Sequence record: DRR723986_10824
Strand: one strand, 5' to 3'
DNA length: 39,043 nt
The notes under the pieces were generated by a model, which saw only the letters and a list, made by a program, of their open reading frames with translations, did not search any database and was not told the origin of the DNA. Both the position numbers and the translations under genes were made by a program. Below are positions 9,221-18,246 of the stretch, one piece after another (position 1 is the first letter of the stretch; each line of letters opens with the position of its first letter).

Positions 9221-9892
9221 CTAGAAACCGTGAAACTCGGCGATTTCGTCAATATCGGCCCGTTCGGCCCGCAGAGAATTGACCGGGTGGGATTTGTCCG
9301 GCTTGCCGACAGCAACGCCGCACCAGATCATTTCGGTCGGGGCGAGGTGGAAGTGCTCCTTCAGGGCAGGGCGCAGCACGCCCCAGCATTCCTGGAAGCA
9401 GGTGCCCCAGCCACGTTCTTCAGCCAGCAGAGCGAGGGTTTGCAGGTACATGCCGGCATGGCCCCACTGGCCGTGGCCCATGCGTTCGTCGATCACCAGG
9501 AAGATGGCGAGCGGCGCCCCGAAGAAGCGGAAATTGTTGGAGAACCAGGCGAGACGGGCCGCGCGGTCTTCGCGGGGAATACCGAGGGCTTCATACATCA
9601 TCTCGCCAACGCGGCGCCGACGGGCTTCATGGGGTTCCCAGAGGTCTTTCGGGTAGATCGGCCGGTCCGTCTTCTGGCCGCGTGGGTCTGCGGCCAGGAT
9701 TGGCGCAGCCATGGCGATGACGTCGTCTTTTGCCTGTCCGGTCACGGCGATCGTACGCCAGGGCTGGACGTTGCCGCCGGACGGTGCGCGCTGGGCCTGG
9801 GTCAGCCATTCGCGGACTTCGGCTTCGGAAAGCGCGTCGGGCAGGAAAGCCCGGGTGGAGATGCGCTGGTCGACTGCTTTGGAAACGTCCAT
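9221..9892 (-). CDS. Nitroreductase family protein
   Basis: R.STRAF, RAPSGGNVQPW, FRFFGAP and GWGTC.Q. Strong SD GGAGGT 5 nt before the ATG. Confidence 0.92.
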   Translation of the reverse strand: MDVSKAVDQRISTRAFLPDALSEAEVREWLTQAQRAPSGGNVQPWRTIAVTGQAKDDVIAMAAPILAADPRGQKTDRPIYPKDLWEPHEARRRRVGEMMYEALGIPREDRAARLAWFSNNFRFFGAPLAIFLVIDERMGHGQWGHAGMYLQTLALLAEERGWGTCFQECWGVLRPALKEHFHLAPTEMIWCGVAVGKPDKSHPVNSLRAERADIDEIAEFHGF

Positions 9893-9893
9893 G

Positions 9894-9924
9894 AAAAACC
9901 TCCCGTCAGGATCTGACGGGAGGT
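9894..9924 (-). terminator. Intrinsic terminator-like hairpin downstream of the P450, overlapping the nitroreductase RBS
   Basis: Minus strand ACCTCCCGTCAG-ATC-CTGACGGGAGGT-TTTT: perfect 12-bp stem followed by a T run. Confidence 0.7.
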
Positions 9925-9969
9925 CTAACGGCTTGTCGCCGGGTCAGCCAACAGGCTTGTCGCCCAGAC

Positions 9970-11304
9970 TTATTTTTTCGGGTGCAGGATCACCGGCATC
10001 CAGGTGTAGCCATGCACAAAGGCGCCTGAGGTGTAGGACGGTTCGTCCAGCACTTCGATGTGCTCGAAGCGCTCCATAAGTTCCTGCCAGAGAATCTGCA
10101 GCTGCAGTTCACCCAGGCGATTGCCGACGCAGCGGTGGATGCCGAAGCCGAAGGACAGGTGACGGCGGGCATCTGCACGGTCGATGATGTAGTCGTTCGG
10201 CTTTTCCCAGAAGTCCTCATCCCGGTTACCGGAGATGTACCACATGGCGACCTGGTCACCCTTCTTGATGAGCTTGTCGCGCAGTTGGACATCTTCCAGC
10301 GCAGTGCGGCGCATAAAGGCCAGAGGCGTTTGCCAGCGGATCGTTTCCGACACCATGTTCGGGATCAGGGACAGGTCGCCCTTCAGTTTCTCGAACTGTT
10401 CCGGATACTTGTTGAGGGCCCAGACAGACGCCGTCATCGTATTGCGGGTCGTGTCATTACCACCGACGATCAGCAAGATCACGTTGCCGAGCAATTCCAT
10501 CGGCGTCATGTTCTTCGTCTTTTCGCCGTGCGCGAGAAGGCTCATCAGGTCGTGCTGTTGCGGGATGGCCTGGCGTTCCTGGAAGATCTGCATGAACGTG
10601 GTCAGGCATTCCATCATTTCGCGGCGCCACTGTTCTTCACCGCCCGGGCAAATGTCCGGATTGTGCATGTTGGTGACGACGTCGGACCAGCGGGTCAGCT
10701 GGCGGCGGTTCTCAAATGGGAAGTCGAAGAGCGTCGCGAGCATCATCGTGGTGAGCTCAATGGATACCGTATCGACCCAGTCGAACGGCTCGCCAACAGG
10801 AAGGCTGTCGAGCAGGCCCTGCGTCCGCGAGCGGATCAGCGGCTCATACTCTTTCAGCATGTTCGGCGCGACGGCCGGCTGGACCGTTTTGCGCTGTTCG
10901 GAGTGGCGCGGCTCGTCCATGGCGATAAACATCGGCATTTCGAAGTCTTCGAGCGGTTCGCCGAGGGTGATCCCGCCGTGCTCCCAGCTGGACGAGAAGC
11001 GCTTGTGGTCGGTATCGACCGCCATGATGTCTTCGTACTTGGTGACCGACCAATAGGGACCGACGAAGGAATCGGGAGTGTAGTGGACCGGGTCTTCCTT
11101 GCGAAGTCGGTCGAAGCGGTCCCACATCTTGTTCTGGCGCCAGATTTCACCATCGACGACGTCGAGGGTTTTCAGGTCCAGGCTAGAGGCCGGGGGGACT
11201 TCTTCGCCAACACGAAGATAGCCTTCGTGAAGGGGTTCCCGATCGGAAACCTTTGGCCGTTCAAGGGCCGGATGGTCGATGGAATGAACTGTATCGGCAG
11301 CCAT
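9970..11304 (-). CDS. Cytochrome P450, CYP153-like
   Basis: FIAMDEPRH..QRKTVQP, LLIVGGNDTTRN (I helix), ETIRWQTPLA.MRR and HLSFGFGIHRCVG (heme Cys). Confidence 0.93.
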   Translation of the reverse strand: MAADTVHSIDHPALERPKVSDREPLHEGYLRVGEEVPPASSLDLKTLDVVDGEIWRQNKMWDRFDRLRKEDPVHYTPDSFVGPYWSVTKYEDIMAVDTDHKRFSSSWEHGGITLGEPLEDFEMPMFIAMDEPRHSEQRKTVQPAVAPNMLKEYEPLIRSRTQGLLDSLPVGEPFDWVDTVSIELTTMMLATLFDFPFENRRQLTRWSDVVTNMHNPDICPGGEEQWRREMMECLTTFMQIFQERQAIPQQHDLMSLLAHGEKTKNMTPMELLGNVILLIVGGNDTTRNTMTASVWALNKYPEQFEKLKGDLSLIPNMVSETIRWQTPLAFMRRTALEDVQLRDKLIKKGDQVAMWYISGNRDEDFWEKPNDYIIDRADARRHLSFGFGIHRCVGNRLGELQLQILWQELMERFEHIEVLDEPSYTSGAFVHGYTWMPVILHPKK

Positions 11305-11404
11305 GTAATATCCTCCTTTTGCCGGTCTCCCTGGGCACCGGTCTGCTCGCTTAAAACGTGTATATCACGGTCGTTTTAAAAAAACCATGACGCTCGCGTC
11401 ATTT

Positions 11405-11893
11405 TTATGCGGTGTGGCGCTCAAGTCGCGCTTTGTGGAGGGCGGTTTTCATTGCATCGGCCAGGGACTTGCGTTCCGGCACCGTCAGGAAGCGCCCGAT
11501 GACCCACCCTGTCCGGCCATGTTCGATGCGTAGCCAGGAATCGGGCTGGAGCGGTTCATCAAGTTCAACCCGGGCAAATCCGGCGGGGACGCTGACGCGT
11601 TTTTCAGTGCCATTGGCTTTGCGGTGCATCATGTCCAGCGTGCTGGCAGTGATGCGTATCCGGGTTTCCTCGCGCTGTTTCCGGAATGACCAGCGGAAGG
11701 CGAGCCAGATCGCGAGGGCATCCAAACCGAAAAAGCCGATCACTGGAACCGCGCCCATGGACAGGAAAGCCATGCCGGTCAGGAAACTGACCACGCCAAC
11801 AATGCTCATGACAACGGCAAATCCCCGCTCGGAGAGGGAGCGGTTCGGCGTCAAAAGCGCGTCAAAATAGATGATTTCATCTGTGTCGGGCAT
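11405..11893 (-). CDS. DUF2244 family integral membrane protein
   Basis: L.PNRSLS..GF, two TM segments (GAVPVIGFFGLD) and C-terminal IGRFL...ER..LA. Divergent from nth as in other alphaproteobacteria. Confidence 0.85.
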   Translation of the reverse strand: MPDTDEIIYFDALLTPNRSLSERGFAVVMSIVGVVSFLTGMAFLSMGAVPVIGFFGLDALAIWLAFRWSFRKQREETRIRITASTLDMMHRKANGTEKRVSVPAGFARVELDEPLQPDSWLRIEHGRTGWVIGRFLTVPERKSLADAMKTALHKARLERHTA

Positions 11894-11951
11894 CAGGAAC
11901 AATACTTAACACGCTCTTGCCCCGCCGGAAGCGGCCTGACAGACAAATTGC

Positions 11952-12701
11952 ATGACAGAATCGCCGCAGAAGAAATCTTCCCGGAAACCCGCAAGAAAGC
12001 TGGCAACCCGTACGCTTGGGCCGGAGAAGACGGAGAAGATCTTTGCCGCGTTGGCCCATGACCGGCCAGACCCGAAGACCGAGCTGGAGTATTCCAATCC
12101 TTTCACCCTTGTCGTGGCTGTTGCGCTGTCGGCGCAGGCGACTGATGTCGGAGTGAACAAGGCGACCCGGAAACTGTTCAAGTTGGCGGACACGCCGGAA
12201 AAGATGCTGGCGCTCGGGGAAGAGGGCGTCGCCGATCAAATCAAGACGATCGGACTCTGGCGCAACAAGGCGAAGAATGTGATCGCCCTCAGCCAGAAGT
12301 TGCTTGATGAATTCGGGGGCGAGGTGCCGCGCACCCGGGAAGACCTGACGACCTTGCCGGGTGTTGGCCGTAAGACGGCGAACGTCGTGATGAACGAAGT
12401 GTTCGGGGAACCCACCATCGCGGTCGATACCCATATTTTCCGTGTGTCCAACCGGACGGGACTGGCACCCGGGAAGACACCTGATGAGGTAGAAGCCGTG
12501 CTTGAACGTGTGACCCCCGACAAGTGGAAGAAGGGCGCGCATCACTGGCTGATCCTGCACGGTCGGTATGTCTGCAAGGCTCGGACGCCGGAATGCTGGC
12601 GATGCGTTATTGCGGATTGGTGCAAGTTCACGCCGAAGACGCCAGACCCAGCAACGGTTTCCTCATTGGGGCCAAAAGCGCCGAAATCGAAGTTCAAATA
12701 G
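11952..12701 (+). CDS. nth: Endonuclease III
   Basis: LSAQATD, HhH motif LPGVGRKTANVV, AVDTHIFRV and the 4Fe-4S motif C-X6-C-X2-C-X5-C (CKARTPECWRCVIADWC). Confidence 0.97.
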   Translation: MTESPQKKSSRKPARKLATRTLGPEKTEKIFAALAHDRPDPKTELEYSNPFTLVVAVALSAQATDVGVNKATRKLFKLADTPEKMLALGEEGVADQIKTIGLWRNKAKNVIALSQKLLDEFGGEVPRTREDLTTLPGVGRKTANVVMNEVFGEPTIAVDTHIFRVSNRTGLAPGKTPDEVEAVLERVTPDKWKKGAHHWLILHGRYVCKARTPECWRCVIADWCKFTPKTPDPATVSSLGPKAPKSKFK

Positions 12702-12723
12702 GCTTCGGTGCACAGGTTCCTGC

Positions 12724-12744
12724 GACGCCCGCGAAGGCGTTTTT
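12724..12744 (+). terminator. Possible intrinsic terminator after nth
   Basis: ACGCC-CGCGAA-GGCGT stem-loop followed by TTTT. Confidence 0.4.
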
Positions 12745-12933
12745 GGTGGACACCATACATCCGGCTACGGAGGTGTCGGACGGATTTATTTTTAGGTGCG
12801 TATTTACGACAGGATGCGATGGTTCAGGGGGAGGAGAAGCCGCGCGAATCGCTGGCCTCCAGTTCGCCTCATTTTCGCTAATCTTGCGTCACGCCGAGCA
12901 GGAAAAGCGAGCGAAGGAATAAGGGAAGTACCA

Positions 12934-13704
12934 ATGAAGTATATTATCTGCGCGGCGATGAGCGCCGCGCTCTCTGGATTTGCGTTTTCGGCTCAGGCGG
13001 ATGAAGAGCGAGTCGAAGGCTGGTCAGGCGAGGGCGCGCTTAACGCGGGCATGACAAGCGGGAATACTGATACGCGTGATGTGGGGCTGACATTCGACGT
13101 CGATCACATCACTGGCAAATGGGACTATGGTTTCCAGGGCCAGGTCGACTATGGCGAACAGGACGGCGTCGAAAGCCGGAACCGGGCCTTTCTCGGGGCT
13201 AACATCGACTACACGATCAGCGACCGTGTTTTCTCGTTCGCCCGCGCTTCCTATGAAGTTGACCAGTTTACGGGTTTCGACAGCCGTTCCTTCGTCGGTG
13301 GCGGTCTCGGGTATCGCTTCCTCGGGCTGGACCCGGTGACCTGGGTCGTCCGTGGCGGCCCGGGTGTGAAGATCGATGAAGTGAAGCGCGTCGTGACCGT
13401 GGATGACCTTGGCAATCCCCTGATCATTCCGGCAGAAACCGAGACGTCTTTCGGTCTTGTCGGCAAGTCGAAATTTGCCTGGGCGCTGAACGACAAGGTC
13501 GAGCTGTCAAACATTACCGATATTCTTTATGCGTCGGAGTCGACCCAGATCTCCAACGGCCTCGCGCTCACGGCGCAGATCAATGGTTCGCTTTCGGCCC
13601 GTTTCGGTTTCGACACGCGTTACGACACCAACCCGCCAGACGGGTTTGAGGCGACCGATACGGCGACGAAAATTGGCGTCGTCTACAAATTCGGCGCGCA
13701 TTAG
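12934..13704 (+). CDS. DUF481 (YdiY-like) outer-membrane beta-barrel protein
   Basis: Signal peptide MKYIIC...AQA, WSGEG.L....SGNTDT, GLGYRF and C-terminal YDT.PP.G....DT.T..GVVYKF. A purine-rich RBS precedes ATG 12934. Confidence 0.85.
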   Translation: MKYIICAAMSAALSGFAFSAQADEERVEGWSGEGALNAGMTSGNTDTRDVGLTFDVDHITGKWDYGFQGQVDYGEQDGVESRNRAFLGANIDYTISDRVFSFARASYEVDQFTGFDSRSFVGGGLGYRFLGLDPVTWVVRGGPGVKIDEVKRVVTVDDLGNPLIIPAETETSFGLVGKSKFAWALNDKVELSNITDILYASESTQISNGLALTAQINGSLSARFGFDTRYDTNPPDGFEATDTATKIGVVYKFGAH

Positions 13705-14582
13705 GCGGGCGCGGTTTCCAGTCGTTTTTTTACGGCCTCGGCGATCATATCGCCGAGGTGAGGGCCTTCGACCGGGTAGAGATATGGTTCGATGACTTCG
13801 AGTTCCATGAGGACCAACCGGCCATCATCACCGCGTACCATGTCGACCCTTGCGTAGAGCGGCGCTTCATCCAGCATGGCAATGATGGCTGATGCATCGG
13901 AAAGGTCATTAGTAGACGGATCGACGGGGGTTTCCTTGCCGCCGTATTTCGACTGGATGCGATAGTCGCCGGGTACAGCGCGTTTCACCAGCGCGTGGCA
14001 GAAATCGCCGCCGATGAAGATGAAACTGTACTCGCCCTCACTTTGGATGGCGGGCAGGAAGGGCTGCACCATCATGGGGTGAGGCATGTCCGGCAACGCG
14101 TCACCCCGCTTCAGGCGATATTGACCGTCCGCACCGGCGCCAACTTGCCGCTTGAAGACGAGGTCACCGGAACCAAGTTCGTCAAAAGCGGCTGCCGCGC
14201 TATGTGCATCGGCCTTGTCCAGCCAGAGGGTCGGAATAATCTGCGCGCCGAGGGCTTCCAGGTCGCGCAGATAAGTCTTTTGAATGTTCCAGCGAACAAG
14301 GTGGACCGGGTTGTAGAGGGGCGTCGCCGCCTCGATCCTTGCAAGCGCGGCGAGAAACTCGTCCTGTCGGTCCCAATAGTCCCAGGTCGTGCCGATGATA
14401 GCAGCACCATAGCTGCCCCAGTCGGCATCTGGATCGTCCCACGAGATGTCCTCAATTGTCAGGCCGCAGGCCGTGAAGGCGGGGCGCAGGGCGTCCATCA
14501 TGTAGTCATGTTCAAACGCATCATCCCGGCGGTTCGGGGTGCCGGGAAGAGTGACCTGGGAGGCGATGTAGGCGATTTTCAT
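13701..14582 (-). CDS. ATP-grasp ligase (RimK/glutathione synthetase/DcsG-like)
   Basis: TTWDY, N....VRWN..K.YL..L, VFK..VGAGA, VQPFLP.I..EGEYS, YARVD and LMELE.IEP.L. Confidence 0.85.
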   Translation of the reverse strand: MKIAYIASQVTLPGTPNRRDDAFEHDYMMDALRPAFTACGLTIEDISWDDPDADWGSYGAAIIGTTWDYWDRQDEFLAALARIEAATPLYNPVHLVRWNIQKTYLRDLEALGAQIIPTLWLDKADAHSAAAAFDELGSGDLVFKRQVGAGADGQYRLKRGDALPDMPHPMMVQPFLPAIQSEGEYSFIFIGGDFCHALVKRAVPGDYRIQSKYGGKETPVDPSTNDLSDASAIIAMLDEAPLYARVDMVRGDDGRLVLMELEVIEPYLYPVEGPHLGDMIAEAVKKRLETAPA

Positions 14583-14662
14583 GGCCGGGCCTTTAGCACG
14601 CCTGCCGGTTGCGTCCAGCGCCCGCCTCTGGCAATGGCCCCGTTTTCAGCAGGAGATTCCGG

Positions 14663-15661
14663 ATGGCGGACGTGCGTTTCGATGTTGTGGGCCTCGGCAA
14701 TGCGATCGTGGACGTCTTGTCCCGTGCGGATGATGCCTTCCTGGCCGAATGGGGCATCCACAAGAATGCGATGAACCTGATCGAGGAGCCGCGCGCGCAC
14801 GAGCTAACCCGGGTTGCCAAGGAGCCGCTCTACACATCCGGCGGAAGCGGGGCCAACACGATTGCCGGCCTTGCCAGTTTCGGGGCGTCGGCTGCCTATA
14901 TCGGCAAGGTTGCCGATGACGAACTCGGCGCTCAGTTCAAGCGCGAGATGGAAGCCGGCGGTGTGCCGTTCCCAACCCCGCCGCTGACAGAAGGCCCGGC
15001 GACTGCGCGCAGCATCATCTTTGTGACGGAAGACGGCCACCGCTCGATGAATACGTTTCTCGGCGCCTCGGTGATGTTCTCGAAAGAGGATGTCGATGAG
15101 GACGTTGTGAAAGGCGGCGGTATCCTCTATCTGGAGGGCTATCTGTTCGACAAGGATGATGCCAAGGAAGCTTTCATCCATGCCGCAGAGATCGCCCGCT
15201 CAGCTGACCGCAAGGTTGCGTTGACCCTCTCCGACCGGTTCTGCGTAGACCGCCACCGGCCGAGTTTCCTGCAGCTCGTTCGTAACAATGTGGATATTCT
15301 TTTCGCCAATGAGGAAGAGCTCCTCTCACTGTACGAGACGGAGGACTTCCATGCAGCGATGACCTCATTGCAGGCCGATACGGCGGTGGCGGCCGTGACG
15401 CGTAGCGAAAAGGGTTCGGTCGTCCTCGGGGATGGTGAACCGATTGTGGTCGAAGCCGTTCCGGTAAAGGAAGTTGTTGATACGACCGGGGCAGGTGACC
15501 AATACGCCGCTGGCTTCCTGTTCGGCATGTCACGCGGCCTTCCGCTAACGATCTGTGCGCGCCTTGGGCATATCGCCGCCGCGGAAGTGATCAGCCATTT
15601 CGGGCCACGTCCGGCGGTCTCCTACAAGGTGCTTGCAGAAGCCGCCGGTATCTTCGCTTAG
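14663..15661 (+). CDS. PfkB-family kinase, probable adenosine kinase
   Basis: GLGNAIVD, SGGSGANT, RSMNTFLGA, YLEGYLFD, FANEEE and VDTTGAGDQYAAGF. Confidence 0.9.
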   Translation: MADVRFDVVGLGNAIVDVLSRADDAFLAEWGIHKNAMNLIEEPRAHELTRVAKEPLYTSGGSGANTIAGLASFGASAAYIGKVADDELGAQFKREMEAGGVPFPTPPLTEGPATARSIIFVTEDGHRSMNTFLGASVMFSKEDVDEDVVKGGGILYLEGYLFDKDDAKEAFIHAAEIARSADRKVALTLSDRFCVDRHRPSFLQLVRNNVDILFANEEELLSLYETEDFHAAMTSLQADTAVAAVTRSEKGSVVLGDGEPIVVEAVPVKEVVDTTGAGDQYAAGFLFGMSRGLPLTICARLGHIAAAEVISHFGPRPAVSYKVLAEAAGIFA

Positions 15662-16257
15662 GCCGTCATGGCTTCGATGGCATAGTCCAGCCGGTCATGC
15701 CCGAAGAACATTTCGTCGCCCACGAAGAAAGTGGGCGACCCAAACGCACCGCGCGCGAGGGCGCCGTTTGTGTTCTCTTTCATGACCGCCTTGTTGGCCT
15801 CATCAGCGGCAAGGCGGTTGATCTCATCGAAGTCGAAGCCTTCCGCATCGCACATGGCTTTCACTGATGCGTCGTCGTCTGGTTTCAGGGCCTCGGGCGT
15901 TTCCCACATGTAGCTGAAACAGGCATCGATGAAGCGTTGCTGCTTCTCCGGATCTTCGGCCAGGCCAATCGTGGCGCGAAGCAAGTCGCGCGTGCTGACC
16001 AGCGGGAAGTATGGGTTCATGCGGATGGTGATGCCGTAGCGCTTTGCACAGCGCTGCAGGTCGGCCAGCATGTAGGTGTTCTTGGCGGGCACCATGCCCG
16101 GCGGACGATTGCCGGTGCCCTGCATGATGGCACCCAGGAACATGGGCTTGATTTCGACAGGCGCATCGCTGCGCTTTTTCAGCTGCTTCACCGCTGCATT
16201 GGCAATGTGGGAATAGGGGCTGATATAGTCGAAATAGAACTCAAGTGCCTTGGCCAT
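15658..16257 (-). CDS. 2-hydroxychromene-2-carboxylate isomerase / kappa-class GST (DsbA-like)
   Basis: FYFDYISPYS, K..YM..DL.R and GAFGSPTFFV..EMFFGHDRL. Confidence 0.9.
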   Translation of the reverse strand: MAKALEFYFDYISPYSHIANAAVKQLKKRSDAPVEIKPMFLGAIMQGTGNRPPGMVPAKNTYMLADLQRCAKRYGITIRMNPYFPLVSTRDLLRATIGLAEDPEKQQRFIDACFSYMWETPEALKPDDDASVKAMCDAEGFDFDEINRLAADEANKAVMKENTNGALARGAFGSPTFFVGDEMFFGHDRLDYAIEAMTA

Positions 16258-16314
16258 TCGGGTCTCCATAAGTTTCATTTTGGAACTAAGGCAAATCAGG
16301 TTAGGCTTGCAAGT

Positions 16315-16653
16315 ATGAAATGGACAGAACTCTCGGATAATTGGTGCCCGGTCGCGCGAACGCTATCAGTCGTGGGGGACCGGTGGACGCTTCTGATCCT
16401 CAGGGATTGTTTTCTGGGCCTGTCCCGGTTCGAGCAGTTCATCGAGTCGAGCGGCATGACACGGCACATCCTCGCCGAGCGCCTGAAGCGTCTGGTCGAG
16501 GCAGGCATCCTGGAGCGCCGACAATACTCCGCAGGTCCCAAACGCTATGACTATGTGCTTACGGAAAAGGGGCAGGAACTCGCGCCGGCCCTTCTGACCC
16601 TGAAGGATTGGGGCAAGAAGCATATGCCTGTGCGCCGGGCGACGAACGCCTGA
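16315..16653 (+). CDS. HxlR-family winged-helix transcriptional regulator
   Basis: CPVARTLSVVGDRWTLLILRD, RF..F, L..RLK.LV..G and Y.LTEKG.EL...L..L..WG. Start at ATG 16315. Confidence 0.92.
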   Translation: MKWTELSDNWCPVARTLSVVGDRWTLLILRDCFLGLSRFEQFIESSGMTRHILAERLKRLVEAGILERRQYSAGPKRYDYVLTEKGQELAPALLTLKDWGKKHMPVRRATNA

Positions 16654-16659
16654 CGTGGC

Positions 16660-18246
16660 TCAGGCTTCGGCCAATTCCACAGCATTCTTCTGCACGGTCC
16701 CGTAATCGATCTTTCCAGTGCCGAGCACCGGGATCTCATCCACATGATAGACCCGGCGGGGCACGGAGATTTCCGGCACGCCATGGCTCTGGGCCCACGC
16801 AAGGATCTCTTCGCGGTTACAGTCCGGACTGTCGCTCAGCAGGATGATCTGCTCGCCCTTGCGCGGATCCGGCATGGCGACCGCTGCGTGTAGATTGTCC
16901 GGCCAGATAGCGCTTGCACAATTCTCAACAACCGCGAGTGACACCATTTCCCCGCCAATCTTCGCGAAGCGTTTCACACGACCCATGATACGGATGAAGC
17001 CCTCGTCGTCGATGGCGACCACGTCACCAGTGTCATGCCAGCCGTCATCTGGCGCTTCGAGTACACCGGGTGCCGACGGGCGCAAATAGCCCATCATGAT
17101 GTTCGGACCCTTGATATGCAGCCGGCCGCCTTCCGGAATGCCATCCACCGGCAGGAGGCGATGTTCCATGTCTGCCATCAGCACGCCGACCGTGCCGGGC
17201 TTATTGCGTTCCCACTGGTTGGCGGCCACGACCGGCGAGGCCTCGGTGGCGCCATAGCCTTCCAGGATTTCGATTTCGAATTTGCGGCGAACCAGCGCCC
17301 GTGTTTCGTCCTTCACGCGTTCCGCACCGCAGACCGCGAGGCGGATCGAGCTCATGTCCCCGTCGGCGCCAACGCGCGCATATTGGGAAATGAAGGTGTC
17401 CGTTGCCAGCAGGATCGTGGAGCCTGTCTCACGGATGCGCTTGACGATTTCGCGCGGCTGCAAGGGTGAGGGGTGAAAGATCACCGGGATGCCCGCGATC
17501 AGCGGCAGGATGGCGCCGACGGTCAGGCCAAAACAGTGAAAGGTGGGCAGCGGGTTGAACAGCTTATCCGTATTTACATCGAGGCCGATATGGGCGCGCA
17601 CCTGTTCGACATTTGCCATGACGTTCTCGTGGCTCAGAACGACGCCTTTGGGCTCGCCTTCCGTGCCGGAGGTGAAGAGCACCACGCCTGGACTCTTGTA
17701 GCGCGCCTTGCGGCGGATCAGGCCCGGCGCCAGCGGACCTAACACGGCAGCGAGCTTGTCTTTCAGGGACAGGTTCTCGCGGACGTCTTCGAGATAAATG
17801 ATCTCGGCCACACGGGAGAGGTCTTTCACCAGGGCTTCAAGGCCAGCAATTTCGATGAATTTGCGTGCGGTGACGATCTTTGTCATCTCGGCCGCCCGCA
17901 TGGCCGCTTTCAGATTGCGGGAACCGGCTGTGAAGTTCAGCATCGCCGGAACGCGGTTATAAGCAGACAGTGCGTAGAAGCCGATCACCGCACCCGCGCC
18001 GGTTGGCAACATGATTCCCACCGACTCACCGGATTTGGTTTTCGATGCCAGGGCAGAGCCAAGCCCGAATGCGCCCCGGATCACGTCCTTGTAGCTGAGC
18101 AGCCGTTCTTCGCCGTCGACCATGTCGTAAATGATCGTCTTGTTGCGGCCAAATTCGCCTGCTGCCCGCATGAGCGCGGCAAACAGGTCTGTACGGGTTC
18201 GCGCAGGGCGATACGGCAGCGGCGCCGGAATCGGTAGCGTAGTCAT
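16660..18246 (-). CDS. AMP-binding acyl-ACP synthetase (stand-alone Aas C-terminal domain)
   Basis: PAMLNFTAG, LFTSGTEGEPKGVVLSH, PTFHCFGLT, EGYGATEASP, WHDTGD, GRVKRFAKIGGEMVSL and LGTGKIDY. Confidence 0.9.
   Translation of the reverse strand: MTTLPIPAPLPYRPARTRTDLFAALMRAAGEFGRNKTIIYDMVDGEERLLSYKDVIRGAFGLGSALASKTKSGESVGIMLPTGAGAVIGFYALSAYNRVPAMLNFTAGSRNLKAAMRAAEMTKIVTARKFIEIAGLEALVKDLSRVAEIIYLEDVRENLSLKDKLAAVLGPLAPGLIRRKARYKSPGVVLFTSGTEGEPKGVVLSHENVMANVEQVRAHIGLDVNTDKLFNPLPTFHCFGLTVGAILPLIAGIPVIFHPSPLQPREIVKRIRETGSTILLATDTFISQYARVGADGDMSSIRLAVCGAERVKDETRALVRRKFEIEILEGYGATEASPVVAANQWERNKPGTVGVLMADMEHRLLPVDGIPEGGRLHIKGPNIMMGYLRPSAPGVLEAPDDGWHDTGDVVAIDDEGFIRIMGRVKRFAKIGGEMVSLAVVENCASAIWPDNLHAAVAMPDPRKGEQIILLSDSPDCNREEILAWAQSHGVPEISVPRRVYHVDEIPVLGTGKIDYGTVQKNAVELAEA

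Noticed and set aside
10060..11379. 439-aa plus-strand ORF antisense to the P450, and similar long shadow ORFs such as 18243-19406 and 335-1150
   Set aside because: They mirror well-supported genes on the opposite strand, carry no recognisable motifs, and are expected from GC-rich codon usage.
12759..12774. Exact 16-nt match ATCCGGCTACGGAGGT also found at 36251-36266
   Set aside because: A single 16-mer match within 39 kb of GC-rich DNA is plausible by chance. One copy is inside a coding region and there is no flanking similarity.
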